Under the pieces are notes generated by a model. That model was given only the letters and a program-made list of their open reading frames with translations, was not told where the DNA came from and searched no databases. Of a stretch of DNA of 64,000 bases, positions 51,652-62,085 are shown one piece after another. A program made the translations under genes and the position numbers. Position 1 is the first letter of the stretch; every line of letters starts with the position of its first letter. The DNA lies in contig JAPLJC010000033.1 of NCBI GenBank assembly GCA_026388765.1, forward strand, positions 2,408 through 66,407. Direction: 5' to 3'. Origin of the DNA: Deltaproteobacteria bacterium. Lineage in GTDB: Bacteria; Desulfobacterota; Desulfobaccia; Desulfobaccales; 0-14-0-80-60-11.

Positions 51652-51906
51652 GCGTAAGCTCCGCCTGGATCCACCCAAATTTAGGCAGGGGAAAAAATAA
51701 CGGCAGAAGCTGCCTGGGGCACATCCTGCGGAACAATCCCCACGGTTTCAAGGCCGCACCAAGTCCCAACCACCTTCCCGGCATCAGGTTTGAAATTTTT
51801 TTACCCCTCACCCATCCTTGCAATGCCAGGGAAAAATGCTAACTATGAAATCAGCAGGATAAATCCCGTGGCGCTGAGGTCGGACTGCGGACAGAGAGGA
51901 GAGACG

Positions 51907-52647
51907 ATGATACGAAAATGGCAAGGGCTGGCGGTCTTGGGGGTGGTGTTGTTGGCGGCGCAATGCGCCCAGGAACCCACAGACCTCAAGACTGAGAAGG
52001 ACAAAGTGAGCTACGGTATCGGGGTCAGCGTGGCCAAAAACTTCAAGCAGCAGGGAGTTGAGGTCGACATGAACATGATGATTAAAGGCATGAAGGACGA
52101 ACTCTCGGGCAAAAAGCTCCTCATGTCCGAAGATGAACTCCGGAAAACCATGACCGCGTATCAGCAAGAGCTGCGAGGCAAGCAGATGGAGCAAAGAAAG
52201 GTGGCGGCCCTGGATAAAAAGAAAGAGGGGGACGCTTTCCTGGCGGAGAACAAGAAGAAGGAAGGCGTGGTGACCACGCCCAGCGGGCTACAATACAAAA
52301 TCCTCAAGGCGGGGGAGGGCAAAAAACCGACGGCGGACGACGAGGTGGAGGTCAACTACCGGGGCACCTTCATCGATGGGAAGGAATTCGACAGCTCCGG
52401 CGGGCAACCCAAGACCTTCAAGCTCACCGGTATCATCCCCGGTTGGCGGGAGGCTTTGCAGCTTATGCCGGTGGGCTCTAAGTATCAGCTCGTCGTCCCT
52501 CCGGGGCTGGCTTACGGAGAGCAGGGCATGGGCCAGGTCATCATGCCCAATACGGTGCTCATCTTTGAGGTGGAGCTGGTTGGCATCAAATCATCCGAGA
52601 CTGAGGCCCCCAAAACCGAGGCCCCAAAAGAAGCCCCAAAAAAATAA
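51907..52647 (+). CDS. fkpA: FKBP-type peptidyl-prolyl isomerase with an N-terminal FkpA-type domain
   Basis: Signal-like N-terminus, ...KVSYGIGVSVAKNF..., and a C-terminal FKBP core (YRGTFIDGKEFDSS...GWREALQLMPVGSKYQLVVPPGLAYGEQG). An SD (GGAGAG) precedes the ATG at 51907. Confidence 0.85.
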   Translation: MIRKWQGLAVLGVVLLAAQCAQEPTDLKTEKDKVSYGIGVSVAKNFKQQGVEVDMNMMIKGMKDELSGKKLLMSEDELRKTMTAYQQELRGKQMEQRKVAALDKKKEGDAFLAENKKKEGVVTTPSGLQYKILKAGEGKKPTADDEVEVNYRGTFIDGKEFDSSGGQPKTFKLTGIIPGWREALQLMPVGSKYQLVVPPGLAYGEQGMGQVIMPNTVLIFEVELVGIKSSETEAPKTEAPKEAPKK

Positions 52648-52837
52648 GGGTTGGCCAGGGGGGGCCGCCGGCCGGTCCTCCCGTCTGCCCCGCCCTCCCC
52701 CGAAGCCCCAGGGCTGGCAAATCCCCCAGCCCAGACTGAATCCCCTTCTTCCCCCAAATCTCCTTGAGCAGAGGTGGCGTAGGTCTGATTTTATCAAGGC
52801 TGGAACTGCCAGGGTTTCGCCGGTGCAATCCCCTTAT

Positions 52838-52865
52838 TAAAATTGTTGCAACTAAGTTGATTTTG
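52838..52865. promoter_or_regulatory. Candidate Zur/Fur-type operator upstream of zur
   Basis: AT-rich AAAATTGTTGCAACTAAGTTGATTTT contains the palindromic core GTTGCAAC. It is not compared with a validated consensus. Confidence 0.25.
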
Positions 52866-52874
52866 GAGTATTTT

Positions 52875-53312
52875 ATGGATATGAGTGACCGTTGCGATTT
52901 TCGCCAGTGGTTGGCCAGCCAGGGTTTGAAGCTCACTGCGGTGCGCCTGGCGGTATTGGAGATTCTCGGGGCCGCTTCCTGCGCCCTGCGGGCTAAGGAG
53001 ATCCTGGAGGTCATCCGCAGCCGTCGCCGGGTCAACAAGGTGACGGTCTACCGCATCCTGGAGGATTTTTGCAACCGGGGCATGGTGCGCCGCCTCTCTC
53101 TGGAAGGCCGGGTGAGTCACTATGAACTGGCCTGTGAGCACCGCCCGCCCCACCCCCATTTTCAATGCCATACCTGTCGGGAGGTCCAATGCCTGGAGCC
53201 GGTGCCCCTGACCCGCGTATGGACCGAACTTCAGGGGCCGGTGGGGAACCGGGCTGACCACATCGACATTCGGGTGGAAGGCCTCTGCCACAAGTGCCGG
53301 GAGGAGGCCTGA
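52875..53312 (+). CDS. zur: Fur-family regulator, probably Zur
   Basis: LTAVRLAVLEIL...VTVYRILEDF...HFQCHTCREVQC...CHKC. It lies directly upstream of znuCBA-like genes. Confidence 0.7.
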   Translation: MDMSDRCDFRQWLASQGLKLTAVRLAVLEILGAASCALRAKEILEVIRSRRRVNKVTVYRILEDFCNRGMVRRLSLEGRVSHYELACEHRPPHPHFQCHTCREVQCLEPVPLTRVWTELQGPVGNRADHIDIRVEGLCHKCREEA

Positions 53313-53395
53313 AATGCAGGCAACTCGGTTGCACTTGGCTGTGGCTGGCCACCCCCTGGAAGTACAGGGGTTGCTTCTTGCCGGAGACCAGACCG

Positions 53396-53581
53396 ATGAC
53401 TGATGACCATGGACACCTTGCTAAGCCCGATCATTTGCAGGCGGCCCTGCCGGAATGCCTCAAGCCCGGGAAAATCAGGTTATCTCCACTCGGCTGGAGC
53501 ATCAAGGGCCGTCTCATCTGTGTTGCCGCGGCCGCAGTCCTTCTCTGGCTGTCGGTGGCCTGGGCCATCGGCTGGCTCTAG
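53396..53581 (+). CDS. Small membrane protein (61 aa) with a His-rich N-terminus
   Basis: MTDDHGHLAKPDH... and a C-terminal hydrophobic helix. It lies between zur and znuC. Confidence 0.4.
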   Translation: MTDDHGHLAKPDHLQAALPECLKPGKIRLSPLGWSIKGRLICVAAAAVLLWLSVAWAIGWL

Positions 53582-53587
53582 AACCGT

Positions 53588-54331
53588 ATGATGGAATCAA
53601 TTACTCTGGACGATCTCACTCTGGGCTATTACGGGCACCCCGCGGTCCATCATCTTTCGGGGGTCTTCGAGGCTGGATCGATGACCGCGGTAGTGGGGCC
53701 GAACGGCTCGGGGAAGAGCACCCTGTTGAAGGGAATTACGGGGATCCTGCGTCCCCTTGGCGGCCACATCGAACGGGGCAGCCTGAGGATATCTCAGATC
53801 GCCTACCTGCCGCAGCAGGCTGAGATCGACCGAAGCTTCCCGATAACAGTTCTGGATCTCGTCGCCCTCGGACTCTGGCATCGCCTCGGCATGTTCGGCG
53901 GCATGAAGAAGGAGTTGTGGGAGCAAGCCGGGCAGGCTCTGGCCTCGGTGGGCCTGGAAGGGTTCGAGCAGCGAGCCATCGGCGAATTATCGGCGGGACA
54001 GTTCCAGCGGGTGCTGTTCGCCCGCCTGCTGCTGCAGGACTGTCCCCTCATTCTGCTCGATGAGCCCTTCACCGCCATCGATACGCGCACCACAGCCGAT
54101 CTCCTCGACGTGGTCCAGCGCTGGCACGCCGAAAACCGGACGATCATCGCGGTGCTGCACAACTTCGATCAGGTGCGGTCTTACTTCCCCAAGACCCTGA
54201 TGATCGCGCGCGAGCCCATTGGCTGGGGTAATACAACGGATATCCTGACTCCCGAGAATTTGCAACTCGCCCGCCAAATGTCCGAGGCTTGGGACGAGTC
54301 GGCGGCGGCTTGCCGCAGGAGCCAGGGATGA
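53588..54331 (+). CDS. znuC: Metal (zinc) ABC transporter ATP-binding protein
   Basis: Walker A (GPNGSGKST), signature (LSAGQFQRV) and Walker B (LILLDEP). Confidence 0.8.
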   Translation: MMESITLDDLTLGYYGHPAVHHLSGVFEAGSMTAVVGPNGSGKSTLLKGITGILRPLGGHIERGSLRISQIAYLPQQAEIDRSFPITVLDLVALGLWHRLGMFGGMKKELWEQAGQALASVGLEGFEQRAIGELSAGQFQRVLFARLLLQDCPLILLDEPFTAIDTRTTADLLDVVQRWHAENRTIIAVLHNFDQVRSYFPKTLMIAREPIGWGNTTDILTPENLQLARQMSEAWDESAAACRRSQG

Positions 54332-55203
54332 ACCAGCTCTACGACCTCTTTCTGTCTCCCTTCCAGGACTTCCTGTTCATGCGCCACGCCCTGGTCGCCT
54401 GTCTGGCCCTGGCCCTGGGCTGCGGACCCGTCGGCGTGCTGCTGGTCCTCCGGCGCATGAGCCTGGTGGGCGACGCCCTGTCGCATGCGGTGCTTCCCGG
54501 GGCGGCCCTGGGTTTCCTGATTGCCGGCTTATCGCTCTACGCCATGACCCTGGGAGGGATCGCGGTGGGTCTCGCCGTAGCCCTGCTGGCCGGGGCGGTC
54601 ACGCGGCTCACGGTGTTACGGGAGGATGCCAGCTTCGCGGCCTTATACCTGATTTCCCTGGCCTCAGGCGTTCTCCTCATCTCCCTGCGCGGCAGTAACA
54701 TCGATCTCATCCACGTGCTTTTCGGCACCATTCTGGCGGTGGATGATGCAGCCTTGATCCTGGTCGCCGCCATCACTACCGCCACTCTCCTGATCCTGGC
54801 GCTGATCTATCGGCCTCTCATCGTTGAATGCTTCGATCCCGGCTTCCTGAGGTCCGTGGGGGGGCGGGGTGCGGCGATGCATTCCATCTTCCTGGTTCTG
54901 GTGGTCCTCAACCTGGTGGCCGGCTTCCGGGCCTTGGGAACCTTGATGGCCGTGGGCATGATGATGGTCCCGGCAGTTTCCGCTCGCTTCTGGGCCAGAC
55001 AGGTCTGGTCCACCGCCCTGGTAGCCGTGGTCATCGCCATGCTGTCCGGCTATACCGGCCTGTTGCTTTCCTTCCACGCCAACCTCCCGTCTGGGCCTGC
55101 CATCATTCTTACCGCAGGTCTGTGCTACGTTTTTTCCGTGGTCTTTGGAATGCACGGCAGCATCTATGGTCGCCACCGCAAAGGCGAGCATCTTGCGGGC
55201 TAA
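54328..55203 (+). CDS. znuB: Metal (zinc) ABC transporter permease (ABC-3 family)
   Basis: Polytopic membrane protein. The ATG at 54328 overlaps the znuC stop (ATGA). Confidence 0.8.
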   Translation: MNQLYDLFLSPFQDFLFMRHALVACLALALGCGPVGVLLVLRRMSLVGDALSHAVLPGAALGFLIAGLSLYAMTLGGIAVGLAVALLAGAVTRLTVLREDASFAALYLISLASGVLLISLRGSNIDLIHVLFGTILAVDDAALILVAAITTATLLILALIYRPLIVECFDPGFLRSVGGRGAAMHSIFLVLVVLNLVAGFRALGTLMAVGMMMVPAVSARFWARQVWSTALVAVVIAMLSGYTGLLLSFHANLPSGPAIILTAGLCYVFSVVFGMHGSIYGRHRKGEHLAG

Positions 55204-55326
55204 AACCAAGGTTGTTCACTTAAGGGCCGACGAGATTTTTGTCATAGGGGCGGGGTTCCCTTGCCCAATCATTCTCCTCTTGAGCCAAGGGCGGGGAGAC
55301 CCCGCCCTTACAGGGATGTGTAGATA

Positions 55327-56259
55327 ATGGCAGTCATCACCAGGATTCTCTTGCTCTTTCTGGTTCTTTGCCTGGCTGGAAGCGCCATTGAGGCCAGGGC
55401 TGAGAAAAAGGTTAAGGTAATCGCCAGCTTCAGCATACTCGGGGATATGGTAGGAAATGTCGGCGGCGATCGGGTCGAGGTTACCACCCTGGTTGGTCCC
55501 AACGGCGATGCCCATGTCTACCAGCCGACGCCGGCGGCTGCCAAGGCCGTAGGGGGCGCCAACCTGGTCGTGGTCAATGGCCTCGGTTTTGAGGGCTGGA
55601 TGGACCGCCTGATCCAGACCTCCGGTTATAAGGGGCCGATCGTGGTGGCCAGCCGGGGGATTAAGCCTCGGGAAATGACCACCGAGGAAGCAGAAGAACA
55701 CGAGCAGGGCGCCAAGCACGAGCATAAGATCGATCCGCACGCCTGGCAGAATTTGAGCAACGGCCTGATCTATGTGGAGAACATTGCCAAGGGGCTCAGC
55801 TCGGCGGACCCCGACGGGGCCGCCATTTATAAGGCCAATACCGACGCCTATGAGGCCAAGCTCGCCGACCTGGACCGGTGGGTGAAGGCGGAGTTCGCCG
55901 GCATACCCAAACCGAAACGCCGCATGATCACCTCCCATGATGCCCTGGGTTATTTCGGCGCGGCCTATGGCATTACCATTCTCTCTTCCATGGGCGTAAG
56001 CACTGAGAGCGAACCATCCGCCGGCGGTATCGCCAGGCTCATCAAACAGATTCGTCAGGAAAAAATCACCGCGGTCTTCATCGAGAACGTCACTGATCCA
56101 CGCCTGATGGAGCAAGTTGCCAAGGAGAGCGGAGTTAAATTAGGAGGAGAGCTTTATTCGGACGCCTTGTCGAAGCAGGATGAGTCAGCACCGACCTATA
56201 TCAAGATGTTTGAGAATAATGCCACCAAGATCATAGCAGCCATGCGGCAAGGGCCTTAG
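55327..56259 (+). CDS. znuA: Metal (zinc) ABC transporter substrate-binding protein (TroA/ZnuA-like)
   Basis: Signal peptide, ...DAHVYQPTP... and an acidic/His-rich loop (EEAEEHEQGAKHEHKIDPHAW) typical of ZnuA. Confidence 0.8.
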   Translation: MAVITRILLLFLVLCLAGSAIEARAEKKVKVIASFSILGDMVGNVGGDRVEVTTLVGPNGDAHVYQPTPAAAKAVGGANLVVVNGLGFEGWMDRLIQTSGYKGPIVVASRGIKPREMTTEEAEEHEQGAKHEHKIDPHAWQNLSNGLIYVENIAKGLSSADPDGAAIYKANTDAYEAKLADLDRWVKAEFAGIPKPKRRMITSHDALGYFGAAYGITILSSMGVSTESEPSAGGIARLIKQIRQEKITAVFIENVTDPRLMEQVAKESGVKLGGELYSDALSKQDESAPTYIKMFENNATKIIAAMRQGP

Positions 56260-56355
56260 CGGGAGCGCCAGTCAGGCCCACATCTGACGGGCGGGAATCT
56301 ATTAGTTGGTTCAAACCCCGCTGCGGCTCAGGTGGAGCTCTTATTTACCCCAGTA

Positions 56356-57567
56356 TTACTGATACTGGATATAAATCGGCTTCGGGTTCAGCTTCAACAG
56401 ATCCTGCGGCGTCATCAGCGGATCGCCCTTCTTGGTGTCATTGTGGTAGAAGAGCTTGAAGCCGGTATACTCCACCGGCTCTTTGACGATGTAATCCTTG
56501 TAGGAATCCCGCTTCAGCCAGGGGGCCCCCCAGCCGTCCATGTTCATGACGATCTGCACCTCGGGAAAGGGCTTGATCTGCCTGGCATTGGTGATCATGT
56601 TGCGGGTAAAGCGGTGCACGATGAACACCTTCGGCGGCAGATTGTACTTTTTCACCAGTTCCTGCAGGTAGCCGGCGGCATAGTTGATGTCCGCGGCGTC
56701 ATAGGTGCCGATCTTGGTGCACGGTATTTTGCCGCTCTTGATCAAGTTGAATTCCGCGTCAATCCCCAGGTGCACGTCCGGATTCTTCAGGATCCATTCA
56801 AAGCGCGGCAGAATGGTGCGGATGTCGGAATGGCCGGTCTGAATGTCGACGAAAAGGATGCCGTTTACCTCCTTGGCCCAGCCGTACACCTCGTTGACCA
56901 AGGCGTCCGGATGGATCATCCGGTACTTGCCGCTCTTACCCGGCTCCCCTTGGGCCACCACCGCCACCAGGTGCAGGGCGGGCTGTACCGGCATCGACGG
57001 GTCCGCCTTCTCCCATTTGGCCACCTCCTCTTTCAGGCGCCGCAGCATCTCGTCCTTGGGGTACTCGCCCAGAGCTCCCATCTTTTTGGAGCGTGGGTTG
57101 CCGTAATAGGCCACGATCCGCTTCCCCGGCAGGATCGAACCCGGTAGCGTCGGTGGGGTTTCCACCGGCCAACCGCACTTTTTGGCATACTCGGGGTCCT
57201 CGCCGGCATTGTATTTGCCCGGGGGGGCGATTTTTCCGGGAGGGGCGGCCTGTTGCCATTTGGGCGTCTTGCCACCCTTCTTACCCTTAGCCGCTTTCTT
57301 GCCTTTGGCCGGCGGCGCCGCGGGCGCAGCGGCCTTCTCGGTTACCGCGGGCTCGGTTGCCGCCGGAGGCGGCGCCGGGCTAGCCTCGGGCGCAGGGGCC
57401 GGGCTGACCGCGGGTGCAGGGGCGGCGGCTTCGGGCGGCGCGGCTGGGGCCGCCTCCACGTCGCTGCGGTCAATCATAAAGCCTGCCAGGACAAGCGCCA
57501 CCGCCAGGGCGGCCGGCAGCAAGCAGGCAATTTTCCGGTTGAACCATGAAAAACGAGGATGCGTCAC
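56356..57567 (-). CDS. Membrane-anchored/secreted protein of unknown function with an Ala/Pro-rich linker
   Basis: 403 aa. An N-terminal TM, then a low-complexity stretch (AAPAAPPEAAAPAPAVSPAPAPEASPAPPPAA...), then a globular C-domain. Confidence 0.7.
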   Translation of the reverse strand: MTHPRFSWFNRKIACLLPAALAVALVLAGFMIDRSDVEAAPAAPPEAAAPAPAVSPAPAPEASPAPPPAATEPAVTEKAAAPAAPPAKGKKAAKGKKGGKTPKWQQAAPPGKIAPPGKYNAGEDPEYAKKCGWPVETPPTLPGSILPGKRIVAYYGNPRSKKMGALGEYPKDEMLRRLKEEVAKWEKADPSMPVQPALHLVAVVAQGEPGKSGKYRMIHPDALVNEVYGWAKEVNGILFVDIQTGHSDIRTILPRFEWILKNPDVHLGIDAEFNLIKSGKIPCTKIGTYDAADINYAAGYLQELVKKYNLPPKVFIVHRFTRNMITNARQIKPFPEVQIVMNMDGWGAPWLKRDSYKDYIVKEPVEYTGFKLFYHNDTKKGDPLMTPQDLLKLNPKPIYIQYQ

Positions 57568-57715
57568 GAAGCACTCCTTGAATAAAATTGCGTGCTGCCG
57601 GGAGCTCGCTGGGCGGCAAAGGCAGTCAAAGCTTTTACATAATACCAGTTAATCGAAAATATCGGTATGAGTTTAATTAGAAAATCACTCCGGAAAGATA
57701 ACGGCAGCCCGATTT

Positions 57716-59176
57716 TCAGGCGTTGACATCCTGCCACCGCCTGGCCAAGCGGATGAAGACATACATGGCCACGGCGGCTAAAATGCCGGCGACGGCAAAA
57801 GGCGTCCAGACCTGGCTGGGATCATACTTATCCCACAAAAGCTGCGTCACCTGGGCCGGAGTCTGCCCCAACATCTCCGTTAACCTGGCGAAGGCCAGGG
57901 AGCGGTCCGGAAGTTCCTGGACCTTGAGCACTTCGGACATATAGCGCAGGGCCAAACCGGCCTTTTCGCCGTAGTGTTCATAGAGCTGTCCGGCCAGAAA
58001 AGAGCCGTAGCCCCAGCCGAAGGCATAGGGGATACTGGCGTAGCCCAGGTACTGCGCCTTCTTGTCCGGCGGGGCAATCACCGCCAGGTATTCTCTCATT
58101 TTAGGCGAACAGAGCATCTCCCCGGCCGTAAAGCAGACGATGCCCCCCAGGCAGGTGAAAATGGACATGCTGGAACCGACCACATAAACGCCGAGAGTCA
58201 CCAGGATAAAGCCGAAAAAGATGGAGGTGAGCCGGCGCATCACCCGGTTGGCATACCAGGAGAGTGGGGCGACGACCAGAATGATCAAGAGAGGATTGAG
58301 ATTAATCACCCACTCCTGGGCGAGCTGGGGGCCTCGGGAGAGATTCCGGGAGAGCATGAACTCCGGCAGGTGCCGGGCCAGAGGGTAACTGTCCACCCAG
58401 TCCACGATAAAATTGGGCAGCGTATCCCAGAGCTGTTCGAGCACCGCCCAGAATACCGAAATAATGAGAATAAAGGCGAGCAGCCGGGGGTTGCAGATTC
58501 CCCTGGCCGTGTCGACCACCACCTGCCAGACCCCGGTAGCGCTAGCGGATCCGGGATTAACTTCCCGGTAAGTGAGCAACCACAGCAGGTTCAGATTGAC
58601 CAGCAGGGCGCAGCCGTAGAAGACCGTGGGCCAGGAGTAACCGTAGAGAAAATGAGCCAGCGGTGGACCCAGAAAGGCGCCGATGTTGATAATCATATAG
58701 AAAAAACCCCAGCCCACCCCGGAGGTCTTGTCCGTCAGAGTCTTGGCAAAGGTACCCCAAACGGGCGGCTTGAAGACCGCGGTGCCTGCGGCCAGCAGCA
58801 GGCAGCCGGCGAGGAACGGCCAAAAAGCACGCTGGCTGGCCATCAGGAGATAGCCCAGACTTTTTATGATGATGGCCACCGTGATTTGCCGCTTGTAGCC
58901 ATAGCGGTCGGCGAAGCCGCCCGTGAGCACCGGCAGGATAGACTGCACCATGGCCCACCACAGGAAGATTAACCCCTTGTCGCTCTGGCTGAAGTGGAGC
59001 CCGCCGATCTCGTCGGCCTGGGCGATATAGATGGGGATGACCACACGCACGCCATAATAAGCGAGGCGCTCTATGGTCTCCATGATGTTGGCCACCCAGA
59101 AAGGCCAGGTCAGGCCTCTGGTCTGCCCGTAGAATGACGCATTGTCTGGTTCACCCATGGGGGTCCTTGCGGCCAC
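57716..59176 (-). CDS. POT/PTR2-family (MFS) peptide transporter
   Basis: METIERLAYYGVR (an ExxERFxYYG-like motif) and LTGGFADRYGYKR. Confidence 0.8.
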   Translation of the reverse strand: MAARTPMGEPDNASFYGQTRGLTWPFWVANIMETIERLAYYGVRVVIPIYIAQADEIGGLHFSQSDKGLIFLWWAMVQSILPVLTGGFADRYGYKRQITVAIIIKSLGYLLMASQRAFWPFLAGCLLLAAGTAVFKPPVWGTFAKTLTDKTSGVGWGFFYMIINIGAFLGPPLAHFLYGYSWPTVFYGCALLVNLNLLWLLTYREVNPGSASATGVWQVVVDTARGICNPRLLAFILIISVFWAVLEQLWDTLPNFIVDWVDSYPLARHLPEFMLSRNLSRGPQLAQEWVINLNPLLIILVVAPLSWYANRVMRRLTSIFFGFILVTLGVYVVGSSMSIFTCLGGIVCFTAGEMLCSPKMREYLAVIAPPDKKAQYLGYASIPYAFGWGYGSFLAGQLYEHYGEKAGLALRYMSEVLKVQELPDRSLAFARLTEMLGQTPAQVTQLLWDKYDPSQVWTPFAVAGILAAVAMYVFIRLARRWQDVNA

Positions 59177-59462
59177 GGGAAATTCCTCAGGCCTGTTGGG
59201 TGAGTATAATGGCCCCTGTCAAAAAATTCAAACTCCTCATCAAAGACAAAGCTGTCAGGGCCGGCCAAGTCCCGCCGCGGGCAATTCCTTCCAGGTCTAA
59301 TATCGGGATAATTTCTTCAGGGGGCGAACCTGGGGTTCGCCCACCAATTTTAGACGAAGACGAGATTTGCCCCTACCAAAAAAAAGACGTTTGCTGGCGA
59401 ATCGGCATCAAAGGCTTGGGGTAATAATTTTGGAGAAGTTAGTCGAGGTCTCAACTTGGTCT

Positions 59463-60101
59463 TTAGAGCTCCACGAGGCGGTTCTGGATGGCGAAGAGAG
59501 AGATTTCGGCGTTGTTCCGCAGGTTGAGTTTCTTGAGCAGTCGCAGACGGTAGGTATGCACCGTATTGGTGCTGAGGTGGTAGGCCTCGGCGATCTCCCG
59601 GACCGTATGGCCCAGAGCCAGGTGCCGGAGCACCTGAATCTCCCGGTTGGATAAAGAGTCCAGGGGGGTGCGACTGCGCGTCCCGGTGGCCAGATGCTGC
59701 GCCAGAGACTCGGCGGCGCTGTCGCTGAGGTAGCGCCCGCCGGCATGGACCTTGCGGATGGCCTTTACCAACTGCTCCGGAGCGGAGCGTTTGGTGAGGT
59801 AGCCATTGGCCCCGGCGGCGATGGCCCGCACCACGTACTGCTCCTCTTCGTGCATGGTGAGGATGAGGATGGGCAATTTGGGATAGTCATGCCGAAGCCG
59901 GCTGATGACTTCCAGACCGTCCAGTCCGGGCATGGAAATATCCACGACCGCCACATCCGGGTGGGTCCGGTGGACCTGTTGAATGGCCTCCCGGCCATCG
60001 GCAGCTTCGGCCACCACCTCAATGTCCCCGGATTCTTCGACAATGCGGGACAATCCGCCCCTGACGATGCGGTGGTCGTCAGCCAACAGAACCCTGATCA
60101 T
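59463..60101 (-). CDS. Response regulator, NarL/FixJ family (REC plus LuxR-type HTH)
   Basis: MIRVLLADDH...DVAVVDISMPGLDG... and the C-terminal LSNREIQVLRHLALGHTVREIAEAYHLSTNTVHTYR. Confidence 0.9.
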   Translation of the reverse strand: MIRVLLADDHRIVRGGLSRIVEESGDIEVVAEAADGREAIQQVHRTHPDVAVVDISMPGLDGLEVISRLRHDYPKLPILILTMHEEEQYVVRAIAAGANGYLTKRSAPEQLVKAIRKVHAGGRYLSDSAAESLAQHLATGTRSRTPLDSLSNREIQVLRHLALGHTVREIAEAYHLSTNTVHTYRLRLLKKLNLRNNAEISLFAIQNRLVEL

Positions 60102-61789
60102 GGTAAGGCACCTCGCCGCTCATCCAGCGGCAGGCGGAAATAGACCCGCGTACCCTTCCCGGGTTGAGACTGCAGTTCCAGGCTGCCACCCAAGAGACTG
60201 GCGCGCTCGCGCATCCCCGCCAATCCGAGGCAATCAGACTCCGACAATTTCTGAGGATTGAAGCCGCGGCCATTGTCTGCCACAGATAGCGTCAACACCC
60301 CCCTCTTTACCTGAAGGTCAATCTTGACCTTGGTGGCAAAGGCATGACGGGCCACATTAGTCAGGGCTTCCTGGGTAATCCGGTAAGCGGCGGTGGCCAC
60401 GAGATCGTCCACCTGGGGCATATTTAGATGCTTAAAAATACAAGTAATACCGGTACGTTGGCCAAAATATTTCGTATAATAATCCAGGGCGTCAATGAGC
60501 CCGAAATCATCCAGCAGCCCGGGGCGCAGCCGGGTGGCCAGGGCTCTCACTTCGTCGATGGTCGTATCGATCAGGTCACACATGGCCAGGGACCTGGCCG
60601 CAGCCTGGGTATCCTTGGCTTTCAGCCGTTCGCCCAGCCACACCGCGTCCATGCGCAAGGCGGTGAGCACCTGCCCCAGTTCATCATGCAGTTCCCGGGC
60701 GATGGCCGCCCGTTCTTTTTCCTGCCGGTCCATGATGCTGCCGGAAAGCAGCCGCAGTTGCTCCTGGGCCTTCTTCAGTTCGGTGATGTCCGTGGAGATC
60801 ATCCCGCACAAACCATCGGCATTGCCGCACTCGTCATAGAGGGGAAATTTAACCGACAGGTAGATATGGCTCCCATCCTTCAGCGGGATCCGTTCTTCCA
60901 CCTGAAGCGAGCGTTTTTCCTGGAGCACCTTTAGATCGGTGGCCCGAAAACGATCGGCCAATTCCAGAGGGAAGATATCGTGGTCGGTTTTCCCTTGAAT
61001 ATCTTCGTTTCTGAGCCCCAACAACTTTTCGTAGCGGGGGTTGACCAGCTTGTAATGGCCGCTTCTATCTTTAATACATACCACCGCTGGGGTATAGCGG
61101 AGAATGCTGGTGATGTCCCTGGTTCTTTCCCGGATCTGACGCTCCAGGTCCCGGGAATAGCGGCTCAGTTCATCCCGGGCCCGCTTGAGCTCCAGTTCGT
61201 TCTTCTTTCGGTCCGAGAGGTCCCGGGCCACACAGACGCTGCCGATGGTGGCCCCCTGCTCATCCTTGAGGAGACTGATGGAGATATCCATGGGCACAAT
61301 GCTGCCGTCTCTTTTCTTCATGGCGATCTCATATTCCCTTACCACCCCCTCATGACGCAGCTTGATCAGCATGCGCTCCAGGTCGGCGGGGTTGGCATAG
61401 AGATCGAAGGCCGTTTTACCGGCCAATTCATGGAAATGATAGCCATAGATTTCCGCGGCCCGGCGATTCCACAGGATGAAACGGGCGTGCTGGTCGACAA
61501 TGCCGATGGCGTCCACGGAGTTGTCTATGACATTTTCCAGATATTCCTTGATTCTTTGGAGCTCGTTTTCAGTCCGCTGGCGCTCTTCGATCTCTTGCAC
61601 CAGGTGGGCATTGGCCTTCATCAGCTCGGCAGTGCGTTCCTCGATGCGCTGTTCCAGGTCGTCATAGGCCTTTTGCAAGGCTTCCCAGGCGTGCTCCCAC
61701 TGGGCCTTCAAATCTTCCATGCCCGCGGTTTGCGGGGGGAGTATGGTCAATTTCTTTTTCAGATTGTCTCTTTTATGCACCGAACCCAT
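60098..61789 (-). CDS. PAS-domain sensor histidine kinase (HisKA_3 / HATPase_c)
   Basis: Multiple PAS segments. The H-box is ERAAIARELHDELGQVL, and the C-terminus has DNGRGF...GLAGMRERA. Confidence 0.9.
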   Translation of the reverse strand: MGSVHKRDNLKKKLTILPPQTAGMEDLKAQWEHAWEALQKAYDDLEQRIEERTAELMKANAHLVQEIEERQRTENELQRIKEYLENVIDNSVDAIGIVDQHARFILWNRRAAEIYGYHFHELAGKTAFDLYANPADLERMLIKLRHEGVVREYEIAMKKRDGSIVPMDISISLLKDEQGATIGSVCVARDLSDRKKNELELKRARDELSRYSRDLERQIRERTRDITSILRYTPAVVCIKDRSGHYKLVNPRYEKLLGLRNEDIQGKTDHDIFPLELADRFRATDLKVLQEKRSLQVEERIPLKDGSHIYLSVKFPLYDECGNADGLCGMISTDITELKKAQEQLRLLSGSIMDRQEKERAAIARELHDELGQVLTALRMDAVWLGERLKAKDTQAAARSLAMCDLIDTTIDEVRALATRLRPGLLDDFGLIDALDYYTKYFGQRTGITCIFKHLNMPQVDDLVATAAYRITQEALTNVARHAFATKVKIDLQVKRGVLTLSVADNGRGFNPQKLSESDCLGLAGMRERASLLGGSLELQSQPGKGTRVYFRLPLDERRGALP

Positions 61790-61967
61790 CTCTATTTCGC
61801 AGCGTCCTGCGTTTCTAGTAAAGTCAGCCGAACCATATCTGGTAAGGTTAATTTACCAGCACCACTATTACTGGGGTATAATTGTTATCATAATCCCACT
61901 AAGACGCAAGCTTGTCAGCAGCTATAAGCATTTAGGGGATATTTCTAAACTCTGTAGTCTTAAAATT

Positions 61968-61989
61968 CCCTTCCCTTGAAAGGGAAGGG
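61968..61989 (-). terminator. Possible intrinsic terminator downstream of sdhB/frdB
   Basis: CCCTTCCCT-tgaa-AGGGAAGGG is a 9-bp stem. The minus-sense RNA continues AAUUUUAAG. Confidence 0.45.
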
Positions 61990-62000
61990 TCAGGGTGTGG

Positions 62001-62085
62001 GAAAAATAGGGACACTTCCTATTTTTATTTTTATACCCGCCTTATGAGGTCTTACTTGGAAAAATAGGAAGTGTCCCTATTTTTC
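62001..62085. repeat. 88-bp-type element with 26-27-bp terminal inverted repeats, copy 2
   Basis: Arms at 62001-62026 and 62059-62085. The right arm contains the stop codon of ORF 62077-62844. Confidence 0.85.

Noticed and set aside
61790-62000. A sigma-54 promoter upstream of the PAS histidine kinase, which would link the second 88-bp element to an enhancer-dependent promoter.
   Set aside because: No TGGCAC-N5-TTGC-like sequence with correct spacing was found on the minus strand. Only weak sigma-70-like hexamers (CTGACA ... GATTAT) are present.
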